64,000 nucleotides of DNA from Chrysomallon squamiferum (Eukaryota; Animalia; Mollusca), in the NCBI GenBank assembly GCA_012295275.1, contig CM022665.1, forward strand, positions 8,928,001 through 8,992,000. Reading direction: 5' to 3'. Below the pieces are notes generated by a model. It did no database searches. It saw only the letters and a program-made list of their open reading frames with translations, and had not been told where the DNA came from. Shown piece after piece: positions 48,755-64,000 of the stretch (position 1 is its first letter; each line of letters starts with the position of its first letter). The position numbers and the translations under genes were made by a program.

Positions 48755-50699
48755 CATTGTCATTGTATATTAGAATTGCCTGGTAGTCCGAAAACCCGAT
48801 AGCATATTCATCATCAGTTGCAAGAAGGAACATATATTATTAAATCTCATGCTCTTGAAGTTACTTTTTAGTTATAGAAAATTCTAAAATTACTATTTTA
48901 ATGGGTCCCGAATGATTTCAACGAATTAAGAAAATATCACAACACCGCGTGACGTTCGTTACCAGGTATCTACCTCGAAATGGGTTTTTATTTGCTCGAT
49001 TTCGTTAGCTGTGTGTTAAAAAATTAGCCACATTATTGACTAGATATTTCAGGTTATCAAAAACTGCATTTATCCTAAGCTTATTTATTTATTTGTTTTT
49101 TTTTGTTTTGTTTTTGTTTTTGTTTTTGGTTTTGGTTTTGTCCACGAAAATTGTGCAGTCATTTAAGATACAAAAATAGTTTTGTTCAGTTTATAAATTC
49201 ACGACTGCTGTCATGCAGCTGCGTACAGGTCATTATAACCAGTTGTAAATCTCTGCAGTGACCAGGTTTCTGGGTAACTGAAATATACTCAGTAACAATA
49301 TATCCGTGTCTGTATCTCTGTGGGGGTTCGTAACGCACCCAACAAACCTCCCCACCAGCAACTCGCGTGTGCAGTGTCATAAAATGTTTGACTATAAAAC
49401 AGTTTTACAAAACTAAAATTTAAACAGCTCTATGTCAGAAACTGAAATCTAAACCTTTTTGTTGCACCTAATAACCTGTAATCGTTAATTACCTTCGTTA
49501 TTCCTTGCAGTCATATTCTTATTTTTAAATGATAAATAATATTATATAATTTCAAAAAAGACTGATTTATCTTTTAAAATATATACAAGTAAATACGTTT
49601 TTTTTTCGATTTTCATAAAAGCATAACAAAGTAATGGCAATTAATTTTATTTAACATCTTAGCTCGATATTAATTATTATTACATAATTTTATGAGAAAG
49701 CATCACGTTTGTATATCTGAATATACGTATTCATTTTGCGTATGTGTTTTTGTTAATGTTTGCATGTACGTGTGTATGTATGTATGTATATATGTGTGTG
49801 TGTGTGTATATTATGTATATATGTATGTGTGTGCGTATGTATATGTATGTACATGCGTACATATTTATGTGTTTGTTTTATTTTATGCATCTTTAAGTAA
49901 AAAGCAACGTCATTCAAAATGCCCATTTTCGTCAAGCAAACGAAAAGAAACTTGTTAATCTATCGCAGTTGTGATGAATGTTCGGCTTTGGGAAAAGGTA
50001 CGTTACCCGGAAACTAGCTGAAGAAGCTAGGTGCTCCCCAGAATTATAAATGTTAGTAACAAACCTGTAAACCAGCTGACCTGACACTTATATGAGATAT
50101 ATGTCATTCCTGATAAACCTATCCCCACCTGTCAGGAAATATACGTGTTAATATTCGCAGAGAAAACAAGACTTTTATTTCCTTCACATTTGCGAGTGAC
50201 GCTTATGAGCTTACACGTACCTTTGAAGTGTAAGTTAGACATATATTAAGTACAAAATCTGTAGTTGTTCGCGAAAAATAAATGCATGAGAATAGGAGAA
50301 AAAGCTCCAACTTTGTATGCAGGCTGGTTTTGGTAATTATTTAAATAACTTAAACTAAACTTCCCGCATTTTTCATGCTCACATATTTTCATAACGTGAG
50401 ATGAATGAGGAGATGTACAAGTGTAATGACTGAATTTGAGATCATCTTATTTTGATCGAAATTAGAAAGGTTACTTCAGTAGACCAGGTTCTATCTCCTG
50501 TGTCGCGCTCATGTGTGCTAACGTTTACAGAAACTCATTCTCGTAAAATACAGCTATCTAGAATTATCTTTCTTCCTCGAAAGAAGGAAAAGTGATTAGG
50601 AAAATAATTATAAACAGTAGGTACAAAAAGTTAGGTACAGCTGTCCTGTTTTTTTTATTAAAGAAATAAACAAATAAAATAAAATAAAATAATTAACAA

Positions 50700-50731
<32 letters not shown>

Positions 50732-52916
50732 ACAACAACAACAAACAAACAAATAACAACAACAAAAATAAAAAGCGTTCATAGATTGATTTGTATATAA
50801 AGTATCATCACCAGTGAAATTTTAAAAATAAATAACATCAACAAAAATGCGAAACAGTAACCACTCCCCAGTAGACTTTGCATATTAAGAAAGATAAATA
50901 AAAACATCAACAAATACGTAACTATCATTCCCACTGAGAAACGCACACACGCACAGACAGACACACTATATTGTACCTTATCAAACGTATATATTACAGA
51001 CTAGTATACACATAAAAATAGTTAAAAATATAATTTAAAAAAAATAGTAATAAAATAAAATAAAATCATAATCATACTACGTGCACAGATCTACATTAGA
51101 ACATTCATTCACGCAGTATCTACCTAATAAACCAAGCTTTCTTAAAGCGTACATCAGATGATACAAACAAACAGTCCAAACATATTTCGTAGTTCCAAGT
51201 TACATACCTACAGTAAGAGTCAATTTAGTAATTGTAGATTACCCTAAAACGATAAAATAATAATCTGTAAATATATTTTGTGACTATTTATAATCGAAAT
51301 ACATAGTTATGAATGTAAAATTTAACTGTTTCAGTAAACAAAAACATATTTCGGCATTTCTTTTAGAAGTTTAGATTATACAATATATAAGAAATAATTG
51401 TACTCTATTAAAAGTTATATTATTTAGCAAGATGATACAAAAAAAAAAAAAAAAAAACCTACATACAAATAAACAAAACAAATAACGACTATTAGTTGGT
51501 ATGCATGTTCCTAATACTTTTATATGGATATTTATGACTATACTCACAATTTTCTCCATCAAAAATGGAACATGTTGCATAACGTTAAAATAAGTTGATT
51601 TTATTTTGTGAAGTGTGTATGTATGTATATTTGTGTGTGTGTGTGTGTGAGACCTTTTTTCTTACTGCCCAGTTTCTCGATTCAAATGAATCAAAGTTAA
51701 ACAAGAACATTGGTTGGCTGGATAATTATCACAAAATACCATTCGGTCAAACATGTGCACAGTAGGTTACTGATGCTGAACATCTCGTTAACACATCTGT
51801 CGGCCTTCAGTAATTACAGCCAATGTACATAGAGCACTTGAAAATCGTTGAGTTGTCAAAGTTTCGGAAACCGACGCTAGGTTAAGTTACTTGTTACTAT
51901 TCACGTTAAAGTGGGATAAAAAACATAAACAAGAACGAACACTTAACTTAACACTGAATGAACGGCATACCAGTTGCAAGTAGGCATTTGTTAACAATGT
52001 ACAAAAATAACAAACATTTCTTTTTCTTTTTTCTTTTTTCGAATTGCTTCTTGCTCATTGACCTAATTATTTATAATTATATGTAAACTACATTTCTTTT
52101 TCGCTCGGTATAGAAACATTAAAGACTTGCGCAATAACCGAGGATGATGAAATGGATCTTAGGAATTTCGATGTGTATTGGCCTGACATTTGGTCCACCG
52201 TGCGCTTTAACCGAATCCATTGATTGGTATCCAGTCGGCTACCGAACGCCTCTAGTCACTGTGCCAAATACGTTGTTCGCGAATCTTTACGCAGGTTGTT
52301 TCAGAAATAGACTGCCAGTCAGATCGTGATACGTGCCCATAAAAGCAGTTATGACGTACTCGGGACAGATTTTATTAGTCGTTTAAAATTTTGGTACAAA
52401 CATCACTTTAGAAAATTGTCATTATAGATATTCGTTTATATGTCCAACTGAGGAATGTTCTGTTTCTGTCATTTGACAAACAAAACTGCGCGTTTATTGA
52501 ATTGTTTTATTTGACCCACATTGGGCTATACACAGGATATATAGTATGAGCCATGTGACTACCAGGATTTGCTGACGCAAGTGGCTGGCATTCCATCTGT
52601 GGAAGTGGTAAATAAGTCATACAACTGTCATCGAACTCGAGGTATTTATTTTTGTATTTTTGCCTGTATTTGTATTTGTATTTTTATAAATATATATATA
52701 CATGTATATCTGTGTGTGTTTAGATCACTTACAAATGTGTTACACAATTTCAGTTTCATTCATTTAAAACGGAAAGTTCGGCTGCTAGCAATGTCAAGGC
52801 AAATTTGGATAGGTTTTGTTTCATTGGTTAATATTTGGGGGTGGGCACCTATTGTCCAATCGGTGTATTTGCGGATTTGCGTATGACCGGCGCAGTCTTT
52901 GCCACGAGTGTTAACA

Positions 52917-52922
52917 ATGCAG
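52917..52922 (+). CDS. Candidate proximal first coding exon of ERR (MQ)
   Basis: acaATGCAG|gtgagt: consensus donor in phase 0, at the end of a CpG-rich stretch with a CCAAT at ~52856. Confidence 0.5.
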
Positions 52923-54673
52923 GTGAGTTTTACCTTTTCCTGTCATTGTGTGGAATTAAAATAATAAATATAATTATAAATTAAAAATATCTTGAAAACT
53001 TGTAGAAATTTAAATGAGGCATTCCTGACATTTATCATATTTGTTTTTAACTTTTGGTTCTTTTTTCCGCTCTGTTTGTCCCAAGATAACAGCACAAGTG
53101 CAGAAACCAGCCTAACTGCTGGTCTAGCAGACGTTTTATTTTATTTCATATTTCAAAATTTTAAATCATTTTAAAACTTTTTTATTTTTAAGTAATCACC
53201 ATACGGGCAAAAATACAAATAATTAATTTTCGAATATAAATGTTACATGTGTAATTTTATTGCATATTTGTGTTATCTCGTGTTATATGGAATCAATAAT
53301 GTATCCACGTGTGACACTCCTACTCGCTTTGTTTGAATTTTAGTCCATTTTAACGGGAGGTAACTCGGATTGCTTTGCGTGATCTATGGTTGTACAATTT
53401 AATTTTGTAACGAAATAATATATACGGTATGTCTGCTTTCATTTTCTTATTTTTTTTTTTCTTATTTTTTTTTTTGTTGTATATTAGTGTTTCATATTAT
53501 TGGTCATATATTCTTTTAAAACGCATTTAATACTTTATACGTATTTGTGATAAAGGATAATTATATTTTCTAATTCAGTATTGGAAATCGACTTTAGAAA
53601 TAGTACAGAACGCGTTCAGCTCTTTTCGGCTTTTCTTGTCTGTGAAACATTTAACGGTATTTTAAGTTATGCTATTCGTACGAGATAATTTAAATGTGCA
53701 TATTTTAAGCGCTTTTGATATAAACTAATAACCCTAATTACTATTTAAAATCGCAGAAAATCTTATTTATAAATAGAATACTATCACAAAGAATGAAAGA
53801 TGGTTAATAATTATGGGCTCGCATTGAACCCGTCTTTTACAGGTTTTGTTCAGATAGACCATAATTATTATGTAAACGTGTTCAGACCTGAGTTAAATTG
53901 TCACAAACTATTGCAACGCATACAACACTAAACAAGCTTAGTGCCTAATAATTATCAGAAACAAAAAGCAAATTTTGGTAACGTAATCCTAATACCAAGA
54001 CTGTGCTAAACAAATTTGTGTTACTTAAAATATATACTTGCAATGTTGTATATGGTATATAGTCAATAAGTTATTTATTTGAAGTAATTTTATCTATTAA
54101 ACTACAAAACTGTTTCACAGCCATGGTTATATACACTGTTATAATTTAAATTTTTGATGTAATTATTAATATTCACCTCTGACTGAACTTAATAGGCATG
54201 TGTATGTGTCATTAAATATTTTCTTATTTGTTTATAGATGTAAATAACAAAAGGATAAGAATTATAGTAATTGCACATAATATTTTTACAGTGTGTTAAT
54301 TAGTAAATAATTTCAGTTCATATTCATACTGCATAATGAACAAAACTACATTTGGAAAAAAGATTTCTGGAATAATTTGCTTAGATACTTAATATTTGAA
54401 TAGAGTGCAGCTAAGTAATTATAAATACTATTTAATTATTTTTTCCCCTACACTGCAGCAAGTATTAGCTGAAGAGTAATTGTTATTGATATATATACAC
54501 CATATTATATTAATAAATGAAAGATGTGTATGTGTGTGTTTAAAAAAAACCCACCAAAACAAACAACATATCTGAGATACTTTGAGCAATTAAGTATCAG
54601 TGTGTTCTGCATAATGCTGTAAAAGAAAGAAAACACTTTTGTCAAATCAAGCATTATATTTGTTTGTTAAAGA

Positions 54674-54792
54674 TCCTTTTGTTTCAAACCAATACAATAT
54701 TTTTGATTAAAATAGATTAAAAAGTTAAAATAACAGCTAATGCAAGGTAATAATTGTTTTTTCCAAAATGAATATGAAATGGGCTTAATGTA
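54674..54792 (+). repeat. ~120 bp dispersed direct repeat, copy 1
   Basis: TCCTTTTGTTTCAAACCAATACAATATTTTT...AATAACAGCTAATGCAAGGTAATAATTG...GAAATGGGCTTAATGTA, near-identical to 58754-58873. Confidence 0.9.
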
Positions 54793-55943
54793 TCTTGTTT
54801 GTGTACCACAACCAGTTGTATAGAACTGGGTACTATGGTGATCAACCTGGTGGGCACATGCAGGAGGTTCAAATGAGAGTATTAAATCCATTTTTAAATA
54901 GAGATTTGTACATAAACACTTATGTCTTATGTAATGCACACTTCAAACTATTGTGTTAATGAGATGTGTGTATATACAGTGGGCATATTGTTATTGTTGT
55001 GATAGAAAACAAACTTGAATAACCATCAATACAACTGCATAATTACATAATAGTCTAGATGAGTAAATGATTGCAGGTGGAATAACTATCAGTCATTACT
55101 AGTTCAGACAGATAGGTCAGTTAAATATAGAATTTTGTGTAATCATTTTAATTTTATACTTGAAAACACATAAGACATAGTATAGTTTATTTATAGCATA
55201 ATATAGAAGTATTATTACCTGATACAGCTTTAACAAGGTATATATTTGATATGTTATTTTAGACATGGAAGCAAATTATCATGTTTGGTACGGTTTCAGT
55301 GTATAGTTTATTTATGTGACTGATACAGCTTTAGGAAATTTGAAGAAGGTGTACCTTTACATCGTTTTAAACATCTTCAAGTTAACATAAAATTAAACTT
55401 TGTAAGATTTTTTTCAGATATAATGACAACAGGTTTTTACATGTTATATTAATTAGGTTAATTCAGTTCTTTTCAGTTTCTAATATCTATATGTAATATT
55501 ATCAACAAAATATAAGATAAAATGAACAAATGTGTATACGAGATGATTTCAAAGTAGGAAGACTTTGTTATAATTGCCTTGTGCATTAATATGAATACAG
55601 TTTCAAGAAAAAGTGGGCCAAGTTACATATTAAAAGAAAATTGATTTACTAGCTGAGCTGTGGAAATTCCTTTTCCATTTTTGTTAAATGAACCTTAGAA
55701 AACTATTACTTTTAGATTTTTTGCCCAAGCCCTTTTAATAAATAAAAAAAATTTATTAAAAAAAAAGCTATAGCTTTACAAAAATACAAGAAGATCATCA
55801 ATTTCTTAGATACTTATTTATGTCTATGTAAATAAGACCAGGCAAGATTAGAGTGGTACTATGCAGAATCTGAGATATTTATTGCTTGATGGTTGCTGCT
55901 GATCATTGCTACTGATCATTGCTACTTAAACAGTTGGCTTTGA

Positions 55944-63053
<7,110 letters not shown>

Positions 63054-63719
63054 GTAGGTTTTATCAATTTATTTAATGATTGTTTCATTCAAATGATTTA
63101 CGAACATAAATGAAAAAGACAGAAGAATTATATTTGTTTTTTATAATCTATATATATTTTATGACAATTTGCAAACATGTTTTCAGCTCGCCTTTGGATT
63201 GAACAAAGTAAGCTTTTTCCATGTAATTATTTTCACATTAATTGTGTATGAACAATAGAATGATGTTTCACAAGTGATTGAGGACAAGCTGCAAAATAAA
63301 ACTTATTCATTAATCCAGATTATTTTCCACAAAATCAGTATTTTATGTATACAAGAAAATTTACATTACAAAATACTTTAGATGTTTCAGCAAATTTACC
63401 TTACTTGGGGAGAATTTTTTTTAGTTTTTTTAATCTTTTTTTTTTTAATACAGTTATAATATCTGTTGCTTATTTATGAGCAAAGTCCATTGTTACTCTG
63501 AACTGGCTGCTTAAATGGTGCATAAAGTGTATCCACCCTTTCTGGTCATTGACCTTTAAATGCATGTCAGCCAACATTCATAGCAGGCAACATTAAAACA
63601 GAAAGGAAATCACAAGCGTAGATAATTCTGTAATCTTTAGAAGAAAGCTGGTTTGAGGTTATGTGGTCAAAAACCATCCATTGAATATCTGGTAACACAG
63701 CTGTATTTTTATTTGTTAT

Positions 63720-63758
63720 ATGTGTGTGTGTGTGAGTATGTCTCTGTGTCTGTCTGTC

Positions 63759-63789
<31 letters not shown>

Positions 63790-63807
63790 GTTTGTGTTTG
63801 TGTTTGT

Positions 63808-63860
<53 letters not shown>
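63720..63860. repeat. Imperfect (GT)n microsatellite in an ERR intron
   Basis: Directly visible. Confidence 0.9.
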
Positions 63861-63863
<3 letters not shown>

Positions 63864-64000
63864 AAGACCATTAAGGATTAAATAATTTAACTTGATAGAA
63901 GTCTTTATTAATTAATTATAATAAAGCTGTTTGGAAATCATTGGGGTTTTAATTAATAAGGGTCATTCAAATCAAATCAAAAAAAAAAGAAATTTAAACC

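Overview
AT-rich, microsatellite-laden, intron-containing animal DNA. The FMRFamide-gated channel suggests a lophotrochozoan, most likely a mollusc. The first 20 kb is a tight block of four spliced housekeeping genes: GDPGP1 (-) head-to-head with COQ3 (+), then EEF1AKMT1/N6AMT2 (+) tail-to-tail with mitochondrial ABCB7 (-). A FaNaC-type DEG/ENaC channel with a single coding exon follows (+, 23.5-25.2 kb). The next ~30 kb has no recognisable gene but holds GC-richer islands, decayed transposon pieces and several short ATG-to-splice-donor exons. These lead into an estrogen-related receptor gene (ERR/NR3B, +) whose two DNA-binding-domain exons are in the window; the rest of the gene lies beyond the right edge. 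No prokaryote-type system (CRISPR, operon, IS) is present and I cannot support a wholly new system. The best leads are a battery of in-frame alternative first exons for ERR, an Asp-to-Asn pore variant and uORF-laden leader in the FaNaC paralogue, a structured poison-exon/ncRNA candidate in the last ABCB7 intron, and a direct repeat bracketing the first ERR zinc-finger exon. Exon boundaries were read by eye.
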